Positions 23,873 to 37,630 of a stretch of 64,000 bases of DNA are shown in pieces. The notes under the pieces were generated by a model. The model was not told where the DNA came from. It made no database searches and worked only from the letters and a program-made list of their open reading frames with translations. This DNA comes from Octopus sinensis. Lineage: Eukaryota. Location of the stretch: the NCBI RefSeq assembly GCF_006345805.1, contig NC_043011.1, positions 41,118,464-41,182,463 of the forward strand, in the 5' to 3' direction. The translations under genes and the position numbers were made by a program. How positions within the stretch are numbered: position 1 is the first letter of the stretch; each line of letters starts with the position of its first letter.

Positions 23873-25539
23873 ATAATAATAATAATGACTTCTTTATTAG
23901 CTACAATGGGTTAAAAAATAATTAAAAAACAATGAGATTAGTGAAGAAGCTCATCACAACGCAAATATCAATTACAAATATTTTTGTTTTTCAAATAACA
24001 AGACTCTTTTATAGTTTCTTCCGATGTCTGTTTTATTTTTCTTTCCTTGAGTTCCTCGATTACACATTTCTATTAATTAATTAATAATGTGATGAAATAC
24101 AATTTTTTTTTTCATATTCTTTGCAAGTTTCATCATGTATTATTTTATTGTATTTTTTTTTGTTATTTTTTTTCTATTTTTAACCGACACACTAAATAGC
24201 TGCCTATGTAATGTTAGTCATAATCAACAACATTCCTCTATGTATCCCAATATCTGAATAGAATATATTCATAGATATATGTAAAGAAAGATATATTATG
24301 TATGCAGACAAATATACACATCAAAGTATTTGTGAGTGTATATAAATATGTGTATGTATGTATTTATAAGTGTGTGTTCATATTTAAATATATGTATATG
24401 CGTATATAGATAAATACGTGTATATATCTATATGTATGTATGTGTATATATATATGTATGTATGCACGTATGAGTATATATGCATGTACGTGTGTGTGTG
24501 TATATATATATATGTGTATATCTATATATGTGTGTATATATATGCATGTGTATATATATGTATGTATATAAGTACGTATGAGTATATATATATGTACGTT
24601 TGTGTATATATATATGTATGTATGTGTGTATGTATATATGTGTGAATATGTATAGATATATATATATATATGTACGTATGTATGTATGTGTATATATATG
24701 TATGTATATAAGTACGTATGAGTATATATGCATGTACGTGTGTGTGTGTATATATATATGTATGTATGTGTGTATGTATATATGTGTGAATATGTATAGA
24801 TATATATATATATATATGTGTATATCTATATATGTGTGTATATATATATATGTATAGTATATATATGAGTATTAAAATGTATAAATATATAAACACCCTA
24901 CTCTAACACATACATGCACACTCACACATACATATTTACACACACACATTTATATATATATATATGCACATATTTACATATGTATATATTCATTTATATA
25001 CATATGTACACACACACACATTATATATATATATATACATACATACATACACACACACAATACATATGTATATATATTTGTAATTTGCAAATCCACAAAT
25101 GTATCTACATACACAAACACATATACATACAAAGACTCATACACACTGATAATGTGTATACAGCTATTCAGTCAGCATTGTTAAACCATTTCTACACACA
25201 AAAGATACAGTTAATGTAGTTATAAACATTTGTTATTGTTCATAATAACAATAATAACAATAATAATAACAATAATAATAATAATAATAAAAATAATAAT
25301 ATTAATAATAATAATAATAATAATAATGGTTTCAAATTTTGCCGCAAGGGCAGCTATTTTGGGGGAGGGGAGTAGTCAATTACATCGACCCCAGTGTGTA
25401 ACTGGTACTTAATTTATCGACCCTGAAAGGTTGAAAGGCAAAGTCAACCCTGGCGGAATTTGAGCTCAGAACATAGCAACATGCGAAATACCGCTAAGCA
25501 TTTTGTCCAATGCACTAACGATTCTGCCAGCTCACCACC

Positions 25540-25594
<55 letters not shown>

Positions 25595-25738
25595 TAAAAA
25601 TAATGATGATGATGATAGTAGTAGTAGTAATAATAATCCTGCTATAATAAGAGAATGAAAAAGTCAAAAAAGTAGAAAATTCAGTCTCACAAAAATAATA
25701 ATAATAATAATAACAAATATAAAATACTGGTTTGGATT

Positions 25739-25744
25739 TTTATT
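25739..25744 (-). promoter_or_regulatory. Candidate poly(A) signal AATAAA about 90 nt after the ACO2 stop
   Basis: Motif only; the region is AT-rich and more distal candidates exist. Confidence 0.3.
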
Positions 25745-25832
25745 TTTTTTGTTTTTGTTTTTAAAACTGCTTTGCAGAAGTGTCATTGTGTTATGTAAGC
25801 TATATTAATCTAGTTTTACTTTATCTACGAGG

Positions 25833-25973
25833 TTAACTCCCTTGTCGCACCTCGAACATACGGTTGAGGGCACTGCCTGCTTTGAACCAAGTTATTTGAC
25901 CTTCGTTGAATGTGTGGTGTAGTAGAAAAGTGTCTGTGCTACCATCTTCGTGTTTCACCTCACAGGTTAATGG
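25833..25973 (-). CDS. ACO2: Mitochondrial aconitase, last coding exon
   Basis: PLTCEVKH...HTFNEGQITWFKAGSALNRMFEVRQGS*; CAG acceptor; 141 nt. Confidence 0.95.
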   Translation of the reverse strand, partial: PLTCEVKHEDGSTDTFLLHHTFNEGQITWFKAGSALNRMFEVRQGS

Positions 25974-26368
25974 CTGTTGGAGAGAGAAAAACGGAGAGTA
26001 TGAAAGAGAGAAAGACAATGAAAAGGAGAGAATATTTAGAACAAAAAATAAGGGAATATTTCTTTCTGAATAACTGAAATTAAAACATATAAATATATAT
26101 ATATATATATAAATAATAATAATCATCATCATCATCATTTAACATCCGCTTTCCATGCAGGCATGGGTTGAATGGTTTGACTGAGGGCTGGCAAGCCAGA
26201 AGGCTGCACCAGACTCCAATCCAATCTGGCAAAGTTTCTACAGCTGGATGCCCTTCCTAACACCAACCACTTCGAGAGTGTAGTGGGTGCTTTTTAGGTG
26301 CCAACAGCACAAGGGCTAGTCAGGCAGCACTGGTAAAGATCATACTCGAATGGTGCTTTTTACGTATG

Positions 26369-26423
<55 letters not shown>

Positions 26424-26439
26424 TATTTGCAAATCAGAT

Positions 26440-26940
26440 ATCGGAAAGCAGAACCAAAATCGAAGTCGATCAACATCAATGGAAATTGCGGCTGTGATAC
26501 CAGTGCCGGTGACAAGTAAGCGAACCATCTGATCGTGGCTGTTGCCAGCGCCACCCCGACTGGCCTCCGTGCCGGTGACACGTAAAAAGCACCATCCGTT
26601 CATGGCCGTTGCCAGCCTCGCCTGGCCCCCGTGCCGGTGACACATAAAAAGCACCGTCCGTTCGTGGCCGTTGCCAGCCTTGCCTGGCCCCCGTGCCAAT
26701 GGCACGTAAAAAGCACCATCCGTCCGTGGCCATTTGCCAGCTCCATCTGGCACCTGTGCAGGTGGCACGTAAAAAGCACCCACTACACTCACGGAGTGGT
26801 TGGCGTTAGGAAGGGCATCCAGCCATAGAAACACTGCCAGATCAGACTGGACCTGATGCAGCCTTCTGGCTTCACAGACCCCAGTTGAACCGTCCAACCC
26901 ATGCTAGCATGGAGAACGGACGCTAAATGATGATGATAAA
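26440..26940 (+). mobile_element. RTE-LINE 3' UTR copy with internal ~58-bp tandem units and (GAT)n tail; family has more than 15 truncated copies in the window
   Basis: Repeats of ggcacgtaaaaagcacc..., then tggttggcgttaggaagggcatccagc...gacgctaaatgatgatg; linked to RTE coding sequence at 56850-57520. Confidence 0.8.
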
Positions 26941-27189
26941 CAAACCTGGAGGCTTGATAAGTTACGAAGAAAAAGCAACTACTAAAGTCATACAATAATA
27001 ACTATATAATAATAATATATCATTATAACATATATACTCTGATTAAAGTAACAATATCCTAACAATGGCCAAAAAATAATGAGCTACCTCACGTTAGAAT
27101 CGAATCCAATCAACTTTTGAAATGATAAAAGAATTTAGTAAAATAACTTTACCATTATTAATCTGATGTTTGGAACATAAATTATCATC

Positions 27190-27358
27190 GTTCTATATTA
27201 AAGAGATGAAGAATTATGTACATTATTTACATTTGACAGATATTTGTCCTCATCTTGTTTGTTGTTAACACATTTCACCTGATATACCTTCCAGCCTTCA
27301 TCAGGTGTCTTGGGGTAATTTTGAACCTGGGTTCTCATTCCTATGGTATTTTTCAATG

Positions 27359-27390
<32 letters not shown>
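27190..27390 (-). mobile_element. Headless inverted copy of the same hammerhead-like tail (short third piece at about 36455-36510)
   Basis: Reverse complement matches 27920-28078. Confidence 0.75.
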
Positions 27391-27477
27391 TTAAAAATAC
27401 TAAAGAATTTATATAAGTAATTTTTGTCATTATAAATCTAGGCATTTGGAACATAAATTTACATGGAATTTATGGCC

Positions 27478-28078
27478 ATGGGATTATGGTGTAGTGGTTA
27501 AGAGTGCGGGCTACTAACCTCAAGATTCCGGGTTCGATTCCAGGCAGTGACATGAATAATAATCATCATCATCATCATTGTTTAGCGTCCACTTTCCATG
27601 CTGGCATGGGTTGGACGGTTTGACTGACGACTGGTGAGCCAGAGGCTGCACCAGGCTCAATCTGATCTGGAAAAGTTTCTACAGCTGGATGCCCTTCCTA
27701 ATGCCAACCACTCCGAGAGTGTAGTGAGTGCTTTCACGTGCCACCAGCATGAAGGGCAGTCAGGTGGTTCTGGCAATGACCACACTCAAAAGGTGTTTTT
27801 TATGTGCTACCTGCATGGGAGCCAGTCCAGCAGCACTGGCAATGACCACGCTCAAATGTTGCTTTCAATGTGCCACCGGCACATGTGCCAGTAAGGCAAT
27901 GCTGGCAACGATTACGCTAATAATAATATCGAAAAATACCTTATGAATGAGAACCCAGGTGAAAAAATTCCCCAAGACACCTGATGAAGGCTTGGAGGGT
28001 GTATCAGGCGAACTGTTGTGTTAATAACAAACAAGATGAGGACAAATATCCATCAAATGTAAATAATGTAAATAATGT
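27478..28078 (+). mobile_element. tRNA-headed SINE with hammerhead-like tail, interrupted by an RTE 3' fragment (about 27561-27917)
   Basis: A box TGGTGTAGTGG and B box GGTTCGATTCC, (AAT)n linker, then GACAC-CTGATGA-AGGCT..CAGGC-GAAC-TGTT-GTGTT. Confidence 0.55.
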
Positions 28079-28250
28079 AGAAATTATTATGGAATTTTGA
28101 AGGAATGTTTTAATTTAGACTACGTTAAAATGGGAGATTTTTAGTACAGAACCAAGAGAGGTCTCAGACAAATTGGCACCAAAAAAGGTTTTAAAAATAA
28201 CAGGAAAAGATGTCAACCAAAAGTAACAAGAAATTATATGAAATTCCTAC

Positions 28251-28372
28251 CTTTCCAGGGGCAAAAGTCTTAAGTCCCAAAATCGATATGCGATCAGTTG
28301 GTTGGATTTTGTCATAGTCGGCGGAGTTTGCAAAAGTTAATGGCAACATTCCTTGTTTCTTCAAGTTTGTTT
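28251..28372 (-). CDS. ACO2: Mitochondrial aconitase exon
   Basis: (E)[40 protein letters not shown]; AG/GT; 122 nt. Confidence 0.95.
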
Positions 28373-28589
28373 CTGTAAAAGAAATAATAATCAGTGGTAA
28401 TCAATGTTTCTTGATTAGTTTACAGGAGAAAATCAGATCAAACACCTTCTTGTTTATTATTTCATCATTAAACACACATTGGTTTTTTTTATAAACAATC
28501 CAATTATTTTAGCTTTCCGTCTGTTGCACACATGTACACTCCACGATGGTGAATTCTCTTATCTTTTTGATCCAATTTTTTTTCTTTTT

Positions 28590-29455
28590 TTTCTGCCTTT
28601 AACCCTCCAACGCGAAGTACAGGCCACTTATAACTGAATTCAATGTCGCATAATTTTTCGCTTCTGTATTTATACTCTGCCATGAATGTCCGCCTTTCTC
28701 TAGTTCCTTTTGTGTTGATCTACGCCACGAGTTCTTAGTCCTACCTCTCTTTCTATATCCATCCAGTTTCCACTGTAAAGCACTTTTCGCTACATTTGGT
28801 GTGTCTTTTCTAATTGTGCTACCAATCCACTTCCACTTTTTCATAAATATTTGCTCCCTAATCAAAACTTGATTTATTCTTTGCCATAGCTCCATATTGC
28901 TTATGTGTTCAGGCCATCTTATTTTAAGTATACTACGCAAGCATCTGTTGATGAATGATTGTATTTACTTATTTGACTTAACTGTTGTTCGCCATGTCTC
29001 AACCCCATACAATTACACCACTTTTACGTTAGTGTTAAAAATTCTTATTTTGTTCTTTATTGAAATTACACTTGCACTCCATACTTTCTTTAACAGGTGA
29101 AAAGCGGTCCTTGCCTTACTTATTCTCGTCTAAATATCTTCGTCGGTGCCGCCTGAAAACGTTATCTTACTACTTAAATATGTAAACTCAGCTACATCCT
29201 CTAGTTCACCGGTTTCGACTTTAATGCGTTCGCTGTTTTCTTCATTAATGCACATAACTTTTTATTTGTTGTGGTTGATTTTCAATCCTAGTTTGGCAGC
29301 TATTGCTTCTAATTTTGATGTTTTATTTTGAAATCAGCGATAGAAATAGCGGTAGAAAAGTTTCATCCATTATTTTCTAAGATACGGCAGGAAGAAAATG
29401 TGCCTAATGATTGGAAAGAGGAACTCATCATAAAATTGCCAAAAAAAGGTGATTT
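28590..29455 (-). mobile_element. RTE-clade LINE 3' part with an inverted upstream RT piece at its 5' end
   Basis: ILKIRWPEHISN...WKWIG...RKRGRTKNSWRR on minus; FSKIRQEENVPNDWKEELIIKLPKKGD on plus (29328-29455). Confidence 0.8.
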
Positions 29456-30549
29456 TGATTCAATAATGTTACATATAAAAATTGCGTCATCATCATCATT
29501 ATCATCGTCTAGTATCCACTTTCCATGCTGGCATGGGTTGGACAGTTTGACATGGCACTGGCTAGTAGGGAGCTCTCCAGACACCCAGTCTGTTGTGGCA
29601 TGGTTTCTACAGCTGGATTGCCTTCCTAAAGCCAACCACTAAACATACAACAACATGGAATTCTGATGGAAATTTAGGTCACTTTAAAACAGGAAACATG
29701 TATCATTGAATGGTGTCAGGCACCTTGGTATTAACCCTTTTGCTATCACATTTCTTCACTGCCTTTGTTTCAAATAAATTTTGAAAATACTGAAGAATTT
29801 GTATAAATAATTTTTGTCATTATAAATCTAGTCATTTGGAACATAAATTAATATGGACAAGAACAAATATTCACCTTAAGTTAATTAAACACATGTTAAG
29901 ATGGTGTGACTAAATCTTATGAACAACCTCATATTTCCTACAAACACACACACACACACACACACATGCGCACGTGCATGGTGTATAGACAGGCATCTGT
30001 CAGAACAAAATTTCAACAAAAATTCAACTTGGAATTGAACAAAGATAGATACTGTGCCCAGTCTTTGAGCAAGTCCCATAATTCTGTTTAGCTGTCGGAC
30101 TCATCCCTGCTTCCGCTTTCTATCTTATTCTTTCTTTTTCTCTCTCCCTCTCTCTCTCTCTCTTTCACCGTGAGGAATGAAATTTAGCTTTGGCCCAAAC
30201 ATGAACGAAAAAAAGATAATTAAAAGAGAGATGGAGAAGAGCTACTCAGAACTATGTTTAATTCTTTGGCGTTCAAGTTACTGACTCAAACGTAATGGTT
30301 ATTCATTCTATCTCATAATTTCAAGAATTCAATGATGTGATTGTTTATTTTTAGGACAACATTGTAGGATAGGTGTGAGAGGTCAGCTCTGGTCAGCTGA
30401 AACACAAAACAGCATTTAAACCAACCTTATCTAGCTCAAAGATTCTAAGTGTTAAAACAATATTTCATATCAAAACACGAGACAGAAATTAGGCGGGGGG
30501 AGGGTAGGAAGAGAAAAACAAACAAAAAAATTAACAAAAACACCCCTCA

Positions 30550-30840
<291 letters not shown>

Positions 30841-31283
30841 TCAAGTAAGGAAGGCAGACAGTAGATAATGTAGTCATATTTACTTCATAATCATTTCTTA
30901 ACACAACAGTTTGTTTTGAACAGATGCTCATTCTTAATATCAATCCTTATATTAATCCATCTTAATCCCAGTATATCTTAAAGCACATGGCTTAATGGTT
31001 AGAGCATTGCACTCACAATCACTAGATCATAGGTTCAATTCTCATTGCTCTGCAGTTGGGAGATTAGCAGAAATGCTTTAGAGTATATCTTCCAGCCCTC
31101 TACATTCTGAGAACACATCCCAACTACCCAGAGAAGGCATCAGGAGACCATTCCAGTGTCCATCCAAAGTAGGTGAAGTTCCAGTAATCTACTTAACAGT
31201 GGCAGGGGAGAGTACAGAGGGTATGGGCCCTCCCAGGTCATATAGAGAGTGCTGGAGAAGGTTCGCATGCATAGAACCTGCAC

Positions 31284-31614
31284 AGGCAGACCACCAGAAT
31301 AGATGCATCTTGATGTTAATCCAAAGGCAGACCACCAGAATAGATGTACCTTGATGTTAATCCGAAGGTAGACAACCACTAGACTATATATAGCTTGATG
31401 TTAATCCAAAAGCAGACCACCAGAATAGATGTATCTTGATGTTAATCCGAAGGTAGACAACCACTAGACTAGATATAGCTTGAAGTTAATCCGAAGGCAG
31501 ACCACCACAATAGATGTATCTTGATGTTAATCCAAAGGGAGACAACCACTAGACTAAATGTATCTTGATATTAATCCGAAGGGAGACCACCACTAGATGT
31601 CTTGATATTAATCC
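31284..31614. repeat. Minisatellite, 8 units of mostly alternating 41/44 bp
   Basis: aggcagaccaccagaatagatgtatcttgatgttaatccaa and aggtagacaaccactagact...ttgatgttaatcc units. Confidence 0.9.
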
Positions 31615-32291
31615 CTATAGTTATACGTTTTATTATTAAACCTTATCTTTAAGGCGGCAAGCTAGCAGAATCGTTAGCAAGCTGGGAAAAATGCTTAGTA
31701 GTATTTCATCTGTCATCAAATTCTGGGTTCAAATTCCGCTGAGGTCAGCTCTACCTTTCATCCTTTGAGGAAAAATAAAATAAATACCAGTTGAGTACTG
31801 GGGTTGATGTTATCAACTTAAATTGTCCCTTGAACATGCTGGTCTTGCAACAAAATTTGAAATCAAGATTAAACATTATCTAAGGTAGCGGGTAAACAGA
31901 ATCATTAACATGCCAGGCAAAATGCTTAGCAGAACTTGGTCTGTCTTTACTTTCTGAGCTCAGATTCCACCATGGTCAACTTTGCCTTTCAGAGTCAATA
32001 AAATAAGTACCAGCTGTGTACTGGAGTTGATGTAATCGACTTACCCCCTCCCCCGAACTTGCTGGCCTTGTGTGAAAATTTGAAACCAATATTAAGTATT
32101 ACTTATCGCTCTGTGTGGTGAAGAGGTTTGCTTCCCAACCAAGTGGTTACAAGTTCAATTCTACAGAGTGGTGACTGGAACAAGTGTCTTCTACTATAGA
32201 ACTGGGGCCAACCAAAGATCTGTGATTCTAACACAAACACAAGACCTGAAATCGGTTAAGGAAAGGAGAAAGGTCAACGCAAAGAATTTAC

Positions 32292-32385
32292 CTTATAGTC
32301 TCGTGCAGTGTCAGGTACACCTCCATATTCACCTGTCAGTTGATTCTTCACACAGTTCAGCTTTTCATTCTCATAATTAACAGCA
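32292..32385 (-). CDS. ACO2: Mitochondrial aconitase exon
   Basis: AVNYENEKLNCVKNQLTGEYGGVPDTARDYK; 94 nt. Confidence 0.95.
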
Positions 32386-33687
32386 CTGACGCCAAATACA
32401 AAGAGCATAAAAAAATGGTCAGAGGTAGAAATGGAAACAAATATATTTAAAGAACAAACCAGTAACAAGATGGCAATACCTGAACAGTATAATCATAGAT
32501 TAATTAACGATAACTGCTACATGTACCACTGGTGGTGTGTTGCAAATTTCACACAACTGCCATATATACCACCAGTAGTAAAATTCCATAATTTGAGAAA
32601 ATATTATATTCTACATCTTTGACATGGTTTCGAGGACATGGTCGATGACAGTACCGCCTGATTGGCACTTGTGCCAGTGGAACATTAAAAGCAAATCCGA
32701 GCGTGATCGTTGCCAGGGCCGCAGATTGGCTCCCATGCTGGTGACATGTAAAAAGCACCATTCAAGCGTGATTGTTGGCAGCGGTTGGTGTTAGGAAGAG
32801 CATCCAGCTTTAAAAACCATGCCAAACAGACCTTGCTGGTGTTGGTGCCATGCGAAAAATCATCCAGTCCAATTTGCAAAATGGTTGGCACTAGGAAAGG
32901 CATGGGAATAGAAGTTGTCCTAAGGGGACGGTGAGGGAGAGAGTGGTGACTGGTGGTAGAGAAGGATGAAGAGGATAAAGGAGATGCACCAGAGAGAAAG
33001 AATTACAGAGGCACAAGGTCCGTCTAATGCAATCTCTAATATGTAGGCCAAGTAAAGGTATGAGAGTGAATCCTTCTTAGGCCTAGTGAAAGGATGAGGG
33101 TGAAAGAGAGTGAGTGATAAGCAGAGAGAAACAGACACACTCAGTAAAGTGGACACCCAGCCATAGAAACCTTGCCAAAGCAGATAACAGAGCTTGGCAC
33201 GGTCCTCCAGCTCACCAGCGCCTGTCAAAGCATCTGACCCATGCCAGCATGAAAGACAGACGTTAAATGAAGATGATGATGACGGTACCAAGCCAATGAG
33301 TAAATTGTTTGGAGAATGAGAGTTGGCTGATGCAGCACAGGCCTAACAAAAGCATGAGAGACAGAGAGAGAGAGAGATATACAGGCAGACAGACAGGCAG
33401 GCAGGCAGGCAGGAAGGCAAGTATGCACACAGCCACATAAGAAGACAGAAATGTGTTTTGACCCATTAGCATTCAGAGTACTCTGTGCAATGTTATGTTT
33501 ATTAATACACATTGTTTTCAATTAATCCCGCATTATCTCATAGCTCCAAGATTTCAATGACATGGTCGTTTACTTTTAGCGTAGGTGCGGGAGGCCAGAT
33601 TTGGCCAGTTTTAAACGTAAAAACAGGTAGAATATCTCAGCTGGACATGATCCAGTTTAAATGTAAAAGGCTAAATATATGTACCTA

Positions 33688-33792
<105 letters not shown>

Positions 33793-33964
33793 TTACAAAA
33801 GATGTATTTATTATGTTGTCAGCTGATTGATTGATATTGATTGATTGATTTCAATGTAATTTATTTGAAAACAAGGGTTGGCATCATGAAAGGGCATCAG
33901 GTCATAGATTGCTGTTTCAAAGGGGTTTAGTGACATGTATGCCAGCATGGGAAAAGGAGATGCA

Positions 33965-34780
33965 AAAATGATGATGACGAAGATGAGAAGAGAAGGATGA
34001 TGATGATGAGGAGGAGGAAGACAAGAAGGATAATGATCAGGATCGTGTTGATTGGTGATGAGGATGATGATTTCACCAATGAAGAAAACAACAATGATGA
34101 TGACAATGATGATGATGATGAAATGGTGAAAACAATGGTGATGATGATGATGATAATGATGATGACGATGAATGATTATGACTGATGAATGGTTATGACT
34201 GGTGAATGGTTGTGACTGATGAATGGTTGCGACTGATGAATGGTTGCAACTGATGAATGGTTGCAACTGATGAATGGTTGCAACTGATGAATGGTTGCAA
34301 CTGATGGATGATTGACTGGTGAATGATTGTGACTGGTGAATAATTGTGACTGGTGAATAATTGTGACTTGTGAATGATTGTGAGTGATGAATGGCTGTGA
34401 CTGATGAATGATGCTGACTGACAATGATTCATCATGACTAATGATGATGACTGATGGGAACAAAGAGAAGAATGAAGAGGAAGATGAAGATGAAGAGCAG
34501 GATGATGATGAAGAGAAAGATGATAAGGAACATGCTGATTGATGGTGATAATAAAGATGATGACAACAGTCATGATGAAAATGATGACGACAATGAAAAG
34601 GACAATGACGACTGCTTATGATGCTGCTGCTGATGATGATGATTGATTCATGACATTGAGGAGGAGAGTGCTGGGGAGAATGACAATGATGACAAAGTGG
34701 AGTAGGATATTAATGTAGAGGAGGAGGAGGAGGAGAGGAGGTTGAGTATAATGACAATGATGAGGATGACAAGGAAGGGG
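33965..34780. repeat. Degenerate (GAT)n field with an embedded 17-bp minisatellite (about 34181-34420)
   Basis: About 14 copies of actgatgaatggttgca and variants. Confidence 0.9.
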
Positions 34781-35280
34781 AGGAAGATATGAGAATGCGC
34801 ATATTTCGACTTGCCCTCTCAACTCCCGACAGACCCGTAAGGGTGCCACCATGCAATTGCAGCAAGTGTCCCAGGCCCTCTTGGAACTGGCAGAGCCTAT
34901 CCTTCTCCACATCTGACTTACATCCAATTTCCTCCAGAAAGAGAGAGACAAACAGATAGACAGAGTTGAAAGGTAAAAGCATGAAGGAGGGACAAGCATA
35001 GCTGCTTCACAACAGAGTGGGGTACAGGGCTACCAGACATTACAAAGGAGTGGGTGGGAGTAGTCAGGAATTCACTTAGGCACAGCGAGACTAATAACCA
35101 GTTGTTATGGTTACTGTGGCCATGCTAGGGCACCACCTGAAGAATTTTTAATCAAATGAATCAACCCCAGCACTTATTTCTTCCTTCTTTTTTTTTTTTT
35201 TGAAGCCTGATACTTGTTTTACCAGTCTGCTTTGGCGAACTGCTAAGTTACAGGAATATAAACACACCAACACCAGTTGT

Positions 35281-35312
<32 letters not shown>

Positions 35313-36118
35313 GAACACAGACACAAAGACACACACACTTAGATATACAGATAGATACGACAGGCTTCTTTCAGTTTCTGTCTATAAAATCCATTCACAA
35401 TGCTTTCGTCATCCAGGGGCTACAGTGAAGGACACTTGCCCATGGTGGGGTGCAATTGGACTGAACCCAGAACCACAAGGTTGGAAAGCAAGCTACTTAC
35501 CTCACACACACACACACACACACACACATATTCTTTTACATGCTTCAGTCATTTGACTGACGCCATGCTGGAGCACTGCCTTAGAGGGTTTTAGTTGAAG
35601 AAATCGACCTCAGGACTTATTCTTTGTAAACCTAGTACTTATTCTGTCGGTCACTTTTGCTGAATTGCTAAGTCACAGGGATGTAAACACACCAACATCG
35701 GTTGTCAACTGATGGTGAGGGAACAAACACCGACACAAAGATACACACATCATCATCATCATCATCATCATCGTCGTCGTTTAACGTCTGCTTTCCATGC
35801 TAGCATGGGTTGGACGATTTTGACTGAGGGCTGGCGAACCAGATGGCTGCACCAGGCTCCAATCTTGATCTGGCAGAGTTTCTACAGCTGGATGCCCTTC
35901 CTAACGCCAACCACTCCGAGAGTATAGTGGGTGTTTATACACATATATGACGGGCTTCTTTCAGTTTCCGTCTACCAAATCCACTCACAAAGCTTTGGTC
36001 AGCTCAAGGTTAGTGTAGAAGACACTTGCCCAGAGTGCCATGCAGTGGGACTGAACCTGGAACTACGTGGTTGGTAAGCCAGATTCTTACCACAGAGCCG
36101 TGACTGTATGAAACTTAC

Positions 36119-36324
36119 CTTAATCAAGACAAGCATATCCTTAATATCTTCTCCGTCCCATTTTGCGAAGGGTGACAGAAGCTGCAGACGTGTGCTCTCA
36201 GGGTCGACAGCAACAGACACATCAGAGCTATCACTAGGAGGAGCTTGGTAAGTGTCCATGCCGGGATCAAATCCTTTGTTGGGCAGTTCATCTCCAGAGG
36301 GAGGTTCAAATTTAAATTGTTCTC
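36119..36324 (-). CDS. ACO2: Mitochondrial aconitase exon
   Basis: [26 protein letters not shown]...[24 protein letters not shown]; 206 nt. Confidence 0.96.
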
Positions 36325-37029
36325 CTGAGAGAAGAAAAAGAAGAAAAAGATGACAAAACATTGGAAAAAAAGGTTTGGTAAGAGATTATAATACTATCCT
36401 GTATAAGAAACTCCCATATTTTTTACCTAATTTTTTGACAAAAAAGGGTTCTACAGTTCTATATTTAAGAGATGAGGAATTATGTACATTATTTATATTA
36501 TTTACATTTGGCTTCCGTGCCAGCGGCACGTAAAAAGCACCATCTGATCGTGGCCGTTTGCCAGCCTTGCCTGGCACCTGTGCTGGTGGCACATAAAAAA
36601 CACCCACGACACTCACGGAGTGGTTGGCATTAGGAAGGGCATCCAGCTGTAGAAACATTGCCAGATCAGACTGGAGCCTGGTGCAGCAGCCTCCTGGCTT
36701 CCCAGATCCCCGGTCGAACCGTCCAACCCATGCTAGCATGGAGAACGGACATTAAACGATGATGATGATGATGATGATGATGATGAAATAGAACGGAACA
36801 AATTTTCGTCACATTTAGAGTTGCAAGAAGAGAGAATGGATGCTGAATGTGTTTGATGTGGGCAGCTCCAAGAATAGCCATGCAGTTAAGAGGTTCACTT
36901 CTTAATTCCTTGATTCTGGTTTCCATCCATCTGTTGTACACTTTGGGCAAGTGTCTGCAACTGCACCTCTACACAGACACAAATGCACATATATTTGTTA
37001 TATATATATATATATGTATGTTGTCTAGA

Positions 37030-37630
37030 TGGATGGATGGGAGAATAGGTAGAAAGACAGACAGACAGAGAGACAGACAAACGGACGGACGGTCAGACAA
37101 ACAGATAGACAGACAGACAGATAAATAGATAGACAGACGGTAGATAGATAGATAGACAGACAGACAAATAGATAGACGGGTAGATAAATAGATAGACAGA
37201 CGGGTAGATAGATAGATAGATAGATAGACAAATAGATAGACGGGTAGATAAATAGATAGACAGACGGGTAGATAGATAGATAGACAGACAAATAGATAGA
37301 CGGGTAGATAAATAGATAGACAGACGGGTAGATAGATAGATAGACAGACAAATAGATAGACGGGTAGATAAATAGATAGACAGACGGGTAGATAGATAGA
37401 TAGACAGACAAATAGATAGACGGGTTGATAACTAGATAGACAGACGGGTAGATAGATAGATAGACAGACAAATAGATAGACGGGTAGATAAATAGATAGA
37501 CAGACGGGTAGATAGATAGATAGATAGACAGACAAATAGATAGACGGGTAGATAAATAGATAGACAGACGGGTAGATAGATAGATAGATAGACAGACAAA
37601 TAGATAGACGGGTTGATAACTAGATAGACA
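37030..37630. repeat. GATA/GACA compound satellite with a 60-bp higher-order period
   Basis: Near-identical 60-mers at 37261, 37321, 37381 and 37441. Confidence 0.9.

Noticed and set aside
31284-31614. CRISPR-like array
   Set aside because: No unique spacers, eukaryotic intron, no cas genes
34181-34420. Repeated CTGATGA (hammerhead or snoRNA boxes)
   Set aside because: By-product of a GAT-derived 17-bp minisatellite
34800-34940. GC-rich island with GCCACCATG and a 21-aa plus-strand ORF, or an alternative ACO2 exon
   Set aside because: No aconitase similarity or fitting splice sites; the minus frame loosely resembles an RTE C-terminus, so it is probably a LINE scrap
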